Assembly (NCBI GenBank): GCA_002633005.1
Contig: NMRA01000242.1
Location: 346,868 to 410,867, forward strand
Source: Phoronis australis
Lineage: Eukaryota > Animalia > Phoronida
Reading direction: 5' to 3'
Length of the DNA stretch: 64,000 nucleotides
How positions within the stretch are numbered: position 1 is the stretch's first letter; each line of letters starts with the position of its first letter. The translations under genes and the position numbers were made by a program. Under the pieces are notes generated by a model. The model saw nothing but the letters and a program-made list of their open reading frames with translations, ran no database searches and was not told the DNA's origin. Positions 12,205-25,240 of the stretch are shown here, piece by piece.

Positions 12205-13480
12205 TTAACAACAAGAACATAAAACCATCAGAGGCCAAAGCTGTTTGGTGCTTAGGTATAGCCCTGAGCTATGATACAGCAATTGAATATACGAAACATA
12301 GATTTCACTTTATTTCATTTTACGCAGAAATCAGGGAAAAATCAGTAGTCCACAAGGTTTTACCTTATATTAGTGACATATACTGTAGCCTGCAAACATC
12401 ACTTTTAGAAAAACACAATCTGGAAAGCATTACAGGCCAGTTTACCTATTACACAACATGTCATTCAATTAGGGGGGGTTGGAAAATTAGGATACAGACT
12501 CACAAAAGAGCAGACTTGAAAAAAGAGACCCACTTGAAGGGTTTTGTTGCGGTTACACAACCTTTTAGAAGGAGTCTATAAACCTACTAGTAACCCATTT
12601 GTAGTGATTATTGGACAGAAGAGTGTTTGCTCACTTTTAAAAAGGCTTAGAAGCATGAAACAACACACGAAGCAAGGTCATGCTGTAAAATTGAGTGGGT
12701 CATTTGCAAAGGAACTTAAAAACATAATGCTGAAACCCCTTCAGTACATTAGTCTACTGGAACATCTGTCCAATGTAGGACACAACAAGACCAACAAGTG
12801 AAATGTTATTGTCTCATAAGTAAACAGCCACACCACTGTTAGAAACACTTGAAAAATGAAAAACAACGACAATTTTGACATTCACTTAAGTATGAAATTA
12901 ATGAGAAGTTTGGACAAGGGAACCTTTTGTAGAATTTGGAGCTCACAAAGTGGAAATTCTGTGGGTAATTTAGATGGAAAAGGCTCCCTCCTTTTCACAG
13001 GGATATATGTCAGTCAATGCTATGTGGCAAAACTGGCCGTGGAAAAGAATCTTCTCAGCATCACTGCTTCACGCCACTTCTATGGGAGCACTCCCCAGGA
13101 TGCCTTTCTCCTTTCCCATGAACACTGATTACTGTATTAGGGTACAAGCTATGAGTAATCAGTGTTGTTGTAATAGTAACAGAACATAGTGCCACAACAT
13201 ATTGACTGCCCTCTTCCTGGACTGTCTGTCTTATTGAGCCTGCAGTCTTGTCTGTATGGCAGATCTGAGTCAAGCCTTTGATACCCCTTGCCATTAACAT
13301 CAATTCTTCCTGTTAGGAGGAACCTCAGTCATTGGGAGCTCGTAAATCGGCCATGAATCGAAGTTAAAGTATACTTCACAGCAAACAGATTGAATAGCTA
13401 AGTATTCATACATCGCTACTGTGAAAATGCTCGACTTGGGTATTATCGGCAGATGTTACTGTTAACGGCAGGTGTTGAAA

Positions 13481-14130
13481 TAACAAGAGCAATGCATAGC
13501 ATTGAAATGCACACAGGACTGCAACAAACCAGTGTTTATTAGTATCGTAAAAATGGCTACTGGGTGGCGCAAAGTAAGTCAAACCCATCCCGAAACGGGA
13601 AGATCTTGTTTCCATAACAGAAAGCTATTTGCCAAATTTCATGAAACTCTGTCCAGTAAATAACAAAGACAGAGAGACAAATGTAATAATAACTAGAAAC
13701 ACAGCAGTGGTTGGATCCATCCAAAAGAAGTTAATAATATGTTGCCACTTTCATAGGATTATATTGAACAAAGTTCACAATGATCCTCCAAGGGGCTTAG
13801 GAGACACAGCACTAGGGGAGATCCCTACGAAAATCAGCATCAGGTTTCCTCAGCAGGAACACATCTGTCCACTACCATAATGATCCTTTGAGCAGTTTGG
13901 CAGATAGAAAGGCAATAACAAATGTCAACTTGGTAGCGCACAGTACGTCAAATCCATCTAAAATCCATCTAAAACCGGGAAGGCATTGTTGTCCTTTTAA
14001 TAAAAACGTATTTCCTAAATTTCATGACAATCTAATTAAGGAACTCCAAAGCTTAAGAGGCAAACATAAAATATTAAAACTGTCACTAGGGACCACAGCG
14101 GTAGTTGGAGCTGCCAGAAAGTTGTTGTCA
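13481..14130 (-). mobile_element. Decayed HINE/Helentron-type MITE
   Basis: Begins aacaagagcaatgcatagcattgaaatgc like 34659 and carries the same degenerate central units (..ccaaatttcatga..). Confidence 0.55.
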
Positions 14131-14274
14131 TCGTCTTCAGCACTAACAGTCTGGGTTATCTGGGTGCAGAGTCCATGTCATAACATATTGGGCACACCCA
14201 TATATGCTCAGTCCTCCACCTCAGAAGCTCATGCAGAACACCTTGACTAATTGTTCTAGTAAGGTGCTGATCAT

Positions 14275-15794
14275 GGATTTTTCGCCACATTCCTCTTATT
14301 GTAGACTTTGATGCGGTTCCCTTGTCTACACTGAACTGTCGCAATCTTCCAACTGTTTCCCCAGTTTCCTCCTCCCTCATCTCATCCAGAGCAGCAAGCA
14401 CCTCTGCCTCACCCATCTCCACCCATATTGCCCACTCCCGCAACAGTCATCGTCATCCATCTAATTTAAGTTATTAACCAAATGTGCCCTTGACTCTACA
14501 TGTTTAAAAATGCACAGATACTTAAAACTTTAATTTTAAAATCACAGCGGTACCGTGCAATTACTTTGATGATCCTAGCATCCATTGAAAAATAACTTTG
14601 ATGATCCTGGCATTATTGGATAATAACTTTGATGTTGGTTGAGTACTGAAGCCAATAAGAAAGTTCAAGTTAACTTTGCTGTTTAAGGCGACATACCTCT
14701 AGTAGCAAAAATGCTTAGAAAATACTGCACATGTGAGATTACAGACTTACCCTCACAAGTGTCTATCAAGTATTGTAAGCATACTGTGTCACCACCAAAG
14801 TCTGGTAGCAAATTATCTCAATTGTGAAAATGTGTCCAAATACCTTGTATAACTAGTTCTGATCAGGATGCACGATAAGTGTCTATTACAGGAAGCAGAG
14901 AGTGTAACTATAGTAGTTGTTCACATATCCAGCATCAGTGTGTATTACAGGAAGTAGAAAGTGTAACTACAGTTGTTGTTCACATATCCATCATCAGTGT
15001 GTATTACAGGAAGTAGAGAGTGTAACTACAGTANGGATTTCCCGCCACATTCCTCTTATTGTAGACTTTGATGCGGTTCCCTTGTCTACACTGAACTGTC
15101 GCAATCTTCCAACTGTTTCCCCAGTTTCCTCCTCCCTCATCTCATCCAGAGCAGCAAGCACCTCTGCCTCACCCATCTCCAAGGGTCCACCCATATTGCC
15201 CACTCCCGCAACAGTCATCGTCATCCATCTAATTTAAGTTATTAACCAAATGTGCCCTTGACTCTACATATTTAAAAATGCACAGATACTTAAAACTTTA
15301 ATTTTAAAATCACAGCGGTACCCTGCAATTACTTTGATGATCCTAGCATCCATTGAAAAATAACTTTGATGATCCTGGCATTATTGGATAATAACTTTGA
15401 TGTTGGTTGAGTACTGAAGCCAATAAGAAAGTTCAAGTTAACTTTGCTGTTTAAGGCGACATGCCTCTAGTAGCAAAAATGCTTAGAAAATACTGCACAT
15501 GTGAGATTACAGACTTACCCTCACAAGTGTCTATCAAGTATTGTAAGCATACTGTGTCACCACCAAAGTCTGGTAGCAAATCTCAATTGTGAAAATGTCC
15601 AAATACCTTGTATAACTAGTTCTGATCAGGATGCACGATAAGTGTCTGTTACAGGAAGCAGAGAGTGTAACTATAGTAGTTGTTCACATATCCATCATCA
15701 GTCTGTATTACAGGAAGTAGAAAGTGTAACTACAGTTGTTGTTCACATATCCATCATCAGTGTGTATTACAGGAAGTAGAGATTGTAACTACAG
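14275..15794. repeat. Near-identical duplicated block (14275-15033 vs 15035-~15794) joined at N15034
   Basis: Copies differ by an 8-bp indel and a few small indels/SNPs. Confidence 0.85.
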
Positions 15795-15997
15795 TAGTTG
15801 TTCACATATCCATCATCAGTGAGTATTACAGGAAGTAGAGAGTGTAACTACAGTAGTTGTTCACATATCCATCATCAGTGAGTATTACAGGAAGTAGAGA
15901 TTGTAACTACAGTTGTTGTTCACATATCCATCATCAGTGTGTATTACAAGAAGTAGAGAGTGTAACTACAGTAGATGTTCACATATCTATTATCAGC
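15649..15997. repeat. 59-bp minisatellite, ~6 copies (also 14886-15033 and 18025-18246)
   Basis: Unit ttacaggaagtagagagtgtaactacagtagttgttcacatatccatcatcagtgtgta. Confidence 0.95.
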
Positions 15998-17029
15998 ACT
16001 TCATGACAAGGTTATGAGTAAACATACAATAGAACAAAGTTTGCCCAGGGTCATTAGTCCTCTTGTCTTCTCTCACCAATAAATTGGGCGATCTCATTCA
16101 CAGTGTTTAAACTCCTCCCACAACTGTATTTTCTTTTTTCATGCATCATAAATTTTTCTACACATACTTATTTCTACATGAAGCACAGGGTATGCAGTGA
16201 AGGTGTATAAAGTTTAGATACATTGTGACAAGCATGTCTCCTTTTGCTTCTTGTCACAGTTGGTAGAGGTTGGTAAGAAAACATGTTTGTAAGAAAAGAA
16301 TGCAGTACATGTACTGAGGGGCATTAACGAGAGGGCGGGGCGGGAATACAGTATTAGTGAAACTGCTGCAGTAGTTCAGAGCCAGACTTCCTGACAACAG
16401 TCATGTCAACCTGAGAATTGACCTAGGTTGAAATGCCTGTGTCTTGGATGCTAAATGCTACTTGATATTTTAAACATTTGATGCTGTTCAAGGAAGAGTG
16501 ATTGTTTAGAGAAGCCCACTAACTGGAGTGGCCAGATGGGTGGTAAATGTTGTTTGCTGTTCCTATGACAGCTTCCAATTATATATGTCTCAGGAATGTG
16601 AACAGATGTCAGTTTATTGATAGCGAATACACTATTAGCCTGAAGCTGCAGGTGACGAATGCATAGAAAGTGTTACTGCAGCAATAGACTTGCCACAATG
16701 TATTAGAGGCATAAACCCATTTCTAGTTGATACATGTAGTTTCTGTCTCCAGAGTTAACACCACAGAACCAGTTTCACAACCAGTTTTACAAATTAATGT
16801 TGTGTGGACGTATTGGCTAAGTCATCAATCAGTATGAATTCCGTGACAAAAAAATTAAGTGCAGCTGACTTGAATCAGGTAGTCCTGTCACATTCACCAG
16901 TTTACCACATTCACTAGTGTATAATACAACTCCCTCCTTCATACCCAGCGACTATTTGAACAAGCCCTGCCTGGATTCAGCATTGCTTTTTTCATCAGTC
17001 AAAAATGTAAGTTAAAATCTAAATGCAAT

Positions 17030-17735
17030 ATTTTTTAAAATACCTTTATTTGCAGAAACAAAAATTACCAATGGAATACAGTAAAAAAGAAAAAAACACA
17101 TTTCTTCTCACATTAACACATTCCAGCTCTGTTTGAATTTAAACGGAGTGTATAAGGGTTTCGAAAATTCCCAGCAAGTCAGGGTAATTTTCTAGATTTC
17201 ATACTTTTCCATGTCTTGACAGTGTCAAATAAAATTGGGTGAAATCTCTTAGGTACAGTAACACATGAAGACTTGGAACAAGTGTATATGAGGTACTGAG
17301 CTAAAGTTAATAGGCCTATGAGATCAATTTCATAACAATGATCTCCAATGTATGCATATAGCAGGTCACGCTTTTCAAACAGTAAAAGGTTAGCTCCAAA
17401 TACGTTTGAAATCCAAGTTTGTAATTTATTCCAAAAACAAGTTATTAAAAGTTTCTACAAGTCCCTAAAATAAGCATTTGTGGTTTTTGATTATTTTCAT
17501 TGTCTTTATATTTGAGGTTGGACCAACAGTTTAAAAGCCATAAGATAAATCCGTTTAATTTGATCGTCAGGAAATAATTCTAACAAACTGTGTTCCACTG
17601 CAGGAACTGAAATCTCCCTGTAAAGTATACATCTCTTGTCCATCGCGTATCAATCCGATCCGGTGCAAAGTCCTGTGTGCTGCTGGCTCTATCATTAAAT
17701 GATACTTTATCAAGAAAAAGAAGACTTCAATAGCT
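17030..17735 (-). mobile_element. L1/Tx1-clade LINE 3' fragment, decayed (partial duplicate at 19351-19630)
   Basis: Minus frames give QWNTVC..IKLNGFILWLL and FWNKLQTWISNVFG...LLTLAQYLIYTC, resembling Tx1 RT C-termini; ends AATAAA + A-rich. Confidence 0.6.
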
Positions 17736-17818
17736 AATTTTCATCCCAATTGGGCTTCAGGTCAAGTTTCATTTTCAACCCAACTGGGCCTCAGGTCAAG
17801 TTTCATTTGCACAATTAA

Positions 17819-18023
17819 AGGAGAATGCCACCCGATTTAATTAGTCTTTTTTACCGTCTTAATCGGTCTATATCCACATTGCCTCTTATACAGTCAACCT
17901 CACCTTGCCAAGAGGTGTTGCGTTAACCTGTGAGGAAGGTGAGAAACGACGCAGCGACGTCAGTGGTTCGTCTGCAGAGTGAATGCCACTATATTGCGGT
18001 GCATCGTTCCCGCTTGTCCGAAC
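17819..18023 (+). mobile_element. Left end of Kolobok-type element B2, alternative copy with intact TIR, cut at N18024
   Basis: TTAA|AGGAGAATGCCACCC, then identical to 19820 onward. Confidence 0.8.
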
Positions 18024-18976
18024 NAGGAAGTAGAGATTGTAACTACAGTTGTTGTTCACATGTCCATCATCAGTGTGTATTACAGGAAGTAGAGAGTGTA
18101 ACTACAGTTGTTGTTCACATGTCCATCATCAGTGTGTATTACAGGAAGTAGAGTGTAACTACAGTAGTTGTTCACATATCCATCATCAGTGTGTATTACA
18201 GGAAGTAGAGTGTAACTACAGTAGTTGTTCACATATCTATTATCAGTACTTTATGACAAGGTTATGAGTAAACATACAATAGAACAAAGTTTGCCAGGGT
18301 CATTAGTCCTCTTGTCTCACGAATAAAAATGGGCGATCTCATTCACAGTGTTTAAACTCCCACAACTGTATTTTCTTTTTTCATGCATCATAAATTTTTC
18401 TACACATACTTATTTCTACATGAAGCACAGGGGTATGCAGTGAAGGTGTATAAAGTTTAGATACATTGTGTCAAGCATGTCTCCTTTTGCTTCTTGTTAC
18501 AGTTGGTAGAGGTTGGTAAGAAAACAAGTTTGTAAGAAAAGAATGCAGTACATGTACTGAGGGGCATTAACGAGAGGGCGGGGCGGGAATACAGTATTAG
18601 TGAAACTGCTGCAGTAGTTCAGAGCCAGACTTCCTGACAACAGTCATGTCAACCTGAGAATTGACCTAGGTTGAAATGCCTGTGTCTTGGATGCTAAATG
18701 CTACTTGATATTTTAAACATTTGATGCTGTTCAAGGAAGAGTGATTGTTTAGAGAAGCCCACTAACTGGAGTGGCCAGATGGGTGGTAAATGTTGTTTGC
18801 TGTTCCTATGACAGCTTCCAATTATATATGTCTCAGGAATGTGAACAGATGTCAGTTTATTGATAGCGAATACACTATTAGCCTGAAGCTGCAGGTGACG
18901 AATGCATAGAAAGTGTTACTGCAGCAATAGACTTGCCACAATGTATTAGAGGCATAAACCCATGTCTAGATGATAC

Positions 18977-19349
18977 CAGGCCTTCATGCAGCGTACGTCC
19001 TGGGCGTCCAAATGGACGCCCCAGCACTAATATGGACGCCCTGGCAAGGACGCCCAATGTATCATTTGGACGCCCACTGTCAATAGGAACCTTTCAAGTT
19101 TGGACACACACATTGTAATGATTACTAGGAAGCCTCTGAAGGCTCACAGTGGGGGCTCTTTTTTCAAAGCAGGAAGAAATAAACAATGTATATACAAAGT
19201 ATATACAATGTTGCTATGCTCACACTTGGTTGATAGCATTGTAAAAGTCTTGGTCTACACCAATGTTTTATTAAAAATGCTCACTACAGAAGGCTGTTTT
19301 GTAAACTTAGATGTAAAAACCTTGGTCTATGCATTTTTTTGTAAAAAAA
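18977..19349. mobile_element. hAT-like insertion (left end), absent from the duplicate block
   Basis: CAGGCCTTCATGCAGC terminus with repeated ggacgccc motifs; empty site after 16733; truncated at N19350. Confidence 0.75.
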
Positions 19350-19629
19350 NAAAGTTTCTACAAGTCCCTAAAATAAGCATTTGTGGTTTTTGATTATTTT
19401 CATTGTCTTTATATTTGAGGTTGGAACAACAGTTTAAAAGCCATAAGATAAATCCGTTTAATTTGATCGTCAAGAAATAACTGTGTTCCACTGCAGGAAC
19501 TGAAATCTCCCTGTAAAGTATACATCTCTTGTCCATCGCGCATCAATCCAATCCGGTGCAAAGCCCTGTGTGCTGCTGGCTCTATCATTAAATGATACTT
19601 TATCAAGAAAAAGAAGACTTCAATAGCTA

Positions 19630-19801
19630 ATTTTCATCCCAATTGGGCTTCAGGTCAAGTTTCATTTTCAACCCAACTGGGCCTCAGGTCAAGTTTCATT
19701 TTCAACCCAATTGGACCTCGGGTCAAGTTTCATTTTCAACCCAATTGGACCTCTGGTCAAGTTTCATTTTCAACCCAACTGGGCCTCCGTTCAAGTTTCA
19801 C
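19630..19801. repeat. 34-bp VNTR, 5 copies (2 copies at 17737-17806)
   Basis: Unit ttttcaacccaactgggcctcaggtcaagtttca. Confidence 0.9.
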
Positions 19802-19813
19802 TTGCACAATTAA

Positions 19814-20676
19814 AGGAGACCGTCTTAATCGGTCTATATCCACATTGCCTCTTATACAGTCAACCTCACCTTGCCAAGAGGTGTTGCGTTAACCTGTGAG
19901 GAAGGTGAGAAACGACGCAGCGACGTCAGTGGTTCGTCTGCAGAGTGAATGCCACTATATTGCGGTGCATCGTTCCCGCTTGTCCGAACTATGAAGCTGC
20001 GAAAAAAGCGGGTATAATGTTTTTTGGACTTCCTCGAGAGCCCGAAATGCTTAAGAAGTGGCTCGCGGTTGTGAAGAATGAAAGGTACACTGTAAATAGC
20101 AAGTATAAGGCCGTGAAACATCTCCGTGTCTGTGGCCGGCATTTCGTTGACAGTGATTTCTCTGACAAATTCCGTCTTACCAAAGAACTATCCATACATT
20201 CCGTTGTCTGTGCATGTTCACGGCGTCTCTCTAGTATTTCTTGATCAGTGTATTCCGGTTAGAACTGATAGTCTCTGGAACCTAACGATCCGACCCGTGA
20301 AGTCTTCGTCGGATGAGCTCTTGACTAAGTCGGGATTGGCGCCGGGCGAGTTGCCATAGAGACGTTTATTATTCTGTGTTCTGTTTCAAAATGAATTATT
20401 CTCATCCTAACCAATGCTTATACGAAACTGAACCAAAGTCTGTCTCATTAGATACAATTTGTAATGGAGTATTGGTAAGTGCAAATGTTGAGAAGCCAAC
20501 AATTAATAAACCACTGCGTTACTGGCTTTAGATACCGGCAACAAAGGTAATTGACTGGGCAACGAGGCCGTGTGAGCGCATGCTAATTCAGTGTTTGCTG
20601 ACAGAAAGCTGTTGTGAAACAATTACTCGATTTTATATGCTATGGTCACATGTTGTTTTTTGGGTGGCATGCTCCT
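19814..20676 (+). mobile_element. Kolobok-type element B2
   Basis: TTAA at 19810-19813 and 20677-20680; right TIR AGGAGCATGCCACCC; left TIR partly deleted in this copy. Confidence 0.85.
19945..20244 (+). pseudogene. THAP zinc-finger domain remnant of a Kolobok transposase
   Basis: RCIVPACPN...FFGLPREPEMLKKW...LRVCGRHFVDSDF keeps all C2CH ligands plus P, W and F. The nearby ATG (19949) is out of frame and no DDE domain follows. Confidence 0.85.
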
Positions 20677-21829
20677 TTAAAGTATCTGCATCTGCACATC
20701 AGCACATAATTTATTTTATAACATTGTATCTCTCTTCTCAAGTGACAATATGAAAATAACATGTTTCTGTCAAGTACTGTAACTGCCTATGAACATTAGG
20801 TTTTGGTTGCAAAATACATTTTCTTGATAAGTGAATCTCTGGAAATCATCAGATTCAGAATACCACGACCTACAAAAGTAGGTTCAGCCGTGGCGAAAAC
20901 ACTGAATGATCATTGCCACATCACCCAAAAGTCCAATTTACCGTCAAATCGGAAAAACACACACACGAAGGATAAACAAGGATTTTATCAGTATGCTAAC
21001 ATGTCTACAGTATGACATTGGCATTTTTAAACATTTTAAAACATAGAAACATTTCCATACAATTCAGGTACGAGAATATGTCTGCTGACTGGACACGCGA
21101 CTGACCTCAGCTGAAATTTGTGGAAAAATTCTTTAGTTTTAGACAAGTGGATTTTCAAGTTTTGAGCATTTGCCGAACTATAATATGCCTTTGCAAATTT
21201 TTAACCAAATTGAAGAATTTTACCTTGACCATAAATCTAAAATGGAGAAGATGAAAGCATATTGACTTCAGTTCAGGACCATTCTATTGTTGGATGTGAA
21301 TAATGCATTCCATGACATGATCACATGCAGGGTGCAGTCCACAATAAACACAGTAGCTGAGCTAAATACACAAACACAACTTTCTGAATGACAGGCTTAA
21401 AATAATGGTGCTATGTTGCAATACATTCACCGAGTTCATTAAAGATGTATTTGCACGCTCCTAACTATGCTAATGTACAGCAGGAACTAAACAACAATGC
21501 TATTTGAACATTATCTACCCTAAACAAAGTGCAGTTGTATTCATTGACAACAAAAAATTCTGCAAATAGATGACCTTTGCACTAATGACGTACCTTGGGG
21601 GCTCACATAGCCCGCATCTGATGCAGTGTTGTTCCCCAACACTACCGTCATGATACTTACTGGACACAGTGCAGGGATTTACAGCGAATCATTTTCGACA
21701 CAAAACTGGTATCCTTTTTTGGCAATTTTCAACGTACTTTATATTCACATTGTCGCTATATCTTGTCTTTCTAACTAATTAGACCAAGCAATCACACAGA
21801 TAAGGCATTAGCTTGCAAGTTCCACTTAA

Positions 21830-23245
21830 AGTTATCTCCAACCGTATTTAGTGGCCTCTATTTTAACTCGTATATCAAAAAACTAAGCTTTGTCAACGAG
21901 TAGAAGTATATATTTTCTGAAAGAAAAAAGATTGGGGAATATGAAAATACTTATTGTATTAATGTACCTTTATTATTTTTACGTAAAAACCTTTTTTAAG
22001 TCAATTTTATTTTTAAGAAAGGTACATTCAGAGCAAAATAACCCTTCCCTCGACTTTAATGAAACTTTTTTTTAAATGAAAACTTCACCAGTTACCTCAA
22101 AAACGCCGTTAGGAATTTTCGATTAGTCTTTTCGTTTGGTTTCTATGACAAATCACCTCCCTCGCAAAACGTAAGGTATCTTGGTAAAAAACGGAAGTTG
22201 TATTTGTCGTTGTTACATTACACAAAAAAATAGGCCTTCATATCGAAAATCCTAACAGCATGTTTGAGACCCACGACTAAATATTAAATCTGTAAAGTTT
22301 CTGCGAAATCCACCAAGCAGTTTTCTAGAACTGGTGTTCCTAAGTTCAAATGAAGTCGATCTGCCGAAGCCAAGAAAAAGCCGATTAGAGACAAGTGAAA
22401 ATCTCAAAGTCTTCGCTTATTTATTCGGTAAAAGCTTGTTTTCGGTACACATAACCTATACAAGCCTCAAATATGTTCGCTATTACAACATTCACTAGCA
22501 ATTTCAACTGATTTTGCAGTGCGTAATTAACTTATCATTAAAAACGTACCGTTTCCAGCTAACTACTATTGTTTGCGACCATTTGACCTACTTTTATATG
22601 TAAATAGGTCATAGTTCATTGTTATAAACATGGCCTGTACACGTCACGTGTTGGGAGACTGATACAAAACCAAGTAAGAAATGGATAACAAAGATCGAAT
22701 CAGTAGTTAAAGCATGTCGTTAGCATGAGACTGAAACATTGAAATGTCAGTTTATTAATTGGATGAAGGAATTAGGTTAAGGATTTATCTCTCTTCACAA
22801 TTTGCTGTATTCATGACCACAGAGGCCTGAGGCGACTTGTAGCATTCGTTCTCAATGCCAACGGTCGTTTGCATGCAGCCGCACAACTCTCTTAGGATCA
22901 AAACTGCGTATGTTTTACCCGGCACCATTCTACCATAAGTACACCTCGTTTACTCAATGTTATGACGATTTTGTGAATGAAAGGACTGAGAGTATACGAA
23001 TCTGTTCTGTGCCTGGCGGGAGATTCGATTGATTGAAACCCCTTTAACCTTTGACCTTGGATAAGTAGTAAACAAATATCCATGCGGTTACACAGATCCA
23101 AGGTGGTTCTGTTAAATCTTTTTTCTCGGTACGCAGTATATATTTTGTATTTGAAGTTCCCCCAGAATAAAGATAAGGTATTTTACTAGACACATGTGAA
23201 ATATTGTAAAAATGGCCATTTTTGTGAATAAGATTGGATATAACC
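21830..23245 (-). mobile_element. Kolobok-type MITE family E, copy 1
   Basis: TTAA at 21826-21829 and 23246-23249; TIR (A/G)GTTAT(C/A)TCCAA; reverse-homologous to 25241-26558. Confidence 0.8.
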
Positions 23246-23249
23246 TTAA

Positions 23250-23784
23250 AGGTTATGTGGGATTTTCTGCCAAGTCAGCACATTTAGCAAAATATATACA
23301 ATACTATAGAATTTAACTCAGAAAAAGTATATTTTCTGATAGGAAAAATTATGTAGAATTTGATTTTTAACTCAATATCAATTTGCCATTAATTTGGTCG
23401 CGTGACCATGACTTTTTCGGAAATTTGGCTAAAAATAAAGGTACATTCATAACGAAACAACAGCATCAATAACATGGCTCAATTTCTTGTGACATAAATG
23501 TTCAAGGTAAAATCTCAAAAATGCTGTTTCTAAATTATTGTTTTGTTTTTGATTTATGCAACTTACCGGTACTTTTCTTTTCATAAAATTATAGAAGTCC
23601 CACATTTTTAGATAGTCCTCATGCAAAAGTGGAACATTTCAAAAACAGTTGCTCAAAGTATTTTGTATAGCAGTGCATAAACTCTGAGATCTAAAAATTT
23701 CATGTGAAGCCGATCAGCCACTTCTGAGATGAGAAGTTCCGCAGTTGGCCAAACTAGGACATTTCTCTAGTGTCCAACATGCTC
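23250..23784. mobile_element. Possible second TTAA-bounded MITE sharing the TTAA of E1
   Basis: TTAA|AGGTTATGTGGGA ... TCCAACATGCTC|TTAA; weak TIR only. Confidence 0.35.
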
Positions 23785-25240
23785 TTAACACCAGGTTGGT
23801 TGAGGTGAGTTTCAAACTATTGTTAGGAATGAAGTATTAGTTTCCCCTTTAGCATTCCTTCTCACCAGTTCAAATTTATAAGAAAACCAATGATTATTTG
23901 TGACAAAATAAAACTGGAATTTTTGGTACTCCTTTTCAATGCAGGTGAGTGTTTGTATCCCAAGGCTAATGCGTGGGTACTGGATGGAAGAGAAACCAAT
24001 TGAGGTGATGGGTATACATGTATTTTCAGACAGAAAAGGAATGTTTGGTTCTCTTGTCCAATCAATCACTGGGTCCAGACAAGGCTGATACAAACTCAAG
24101 TGGCCATGTAATCTGGTAATAGCCCATTACACCCCCATGACTTGACAAAATGTTTGATGTGACTGACCACAGCGGATGTCCATACTTGATAAGTCATTAC
24201 ATGGTGAAATGAAATTTCTCCAAGTCTTTTGCTCTGTTATAAAAACGTGCTTGTTTTTTGTTTGCTACAGGTTGCATTTTTTATCTGATCAGGGTTGATT
24301 TTACACACAACACGTCCTTTGAATAGCTCAAAGCCTATTGTTTTTGGTTGCAATTGGAAGCAAGATGGTGTTTTGTGGCGTCCATTTTCCACTATTTTGG
24401 TGTGCGAGACCAAAACTGCGTTGGAGGGATTTTTTGAGTATTTTTATTGTGAATATATCACTTTACAAGATATTGGAAGTGTGCCATTTGTTTTTTCTAA
24501 CACGTACTGCTCTCCAGATTTTCTGACGACCACTCTTGAATTAAATGAGTTTTGTGACGTATCTTTGGCATCCCTTGACAACTGTCTCCAATTTGGTATG
24601 TGGAAAGATCGCTTCAAGCACTATCAGGATGTTGGAACCCATTTCTCACTTCGTCTTACCATTCTCGAGATTTTCGACATTTACTGCGTAAATGAGATTT
24701 TTTTTGTTGACCTCATTTCTAGCTGCACTTTGTTGACCTATGATCTTTGTGCTAGACGTCGCATGTTTCTTCAGATCAACATAAAATTTACGAACAGTGC
24801 TTATCTAGTCACTAGCTCAAGGACTTATGTTTTGAGGCACAATTGGATGCAACATGACGCTGTGACGGCCATTCATAGTATTAACTCCGAAATCCTTCTC
24901 ACAAACCTTATCAAACTTAATATGCAGGGCTCAACATAAGTATCGAGCAGACTACTGAACTACTGGACAACCACACAAAATGGTCATTAGAAGGTGATGT
25001 GGTAGTCAAAGTCACTCAAAAATTGACTAGTGAGGAAGAGCCACATTGCCAATGCTTCTCTATGTATAAGTTTTATTAAAATCCGTCCATTGCTGCTCTA
25101 GATATCATTTGGAAACACTGCTCATCACTAAAATTACTGAAAAGTCCTAGCTCCAGTAAGTCAGATTAAAAAGTGTCTTGCACCGCCCCAGTGATGCCTC
25201 ACATCCTTGTCCCCAATTTCAAATTGTAGAGTGATCTTAA

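Noticed and set aside
7891-19349. One large composite hAT element between the two matching termini
   Set aside because: The termini face outward (right end at 7965, left end at 18977), so they belong to separate insertions.
19945-20244. Domesticated host THAP gene
   Set aside because: It lies between TIRs and TTAA TSDs, lacks an in-frame ATG, and has a degenerate paralog at 8187-8380.
24295-24939. 214-aa plus-strand ORF
   Set aside because: Non-ATG start, no recognisable motif, and the DNA reads like a non-coding repeat interior.
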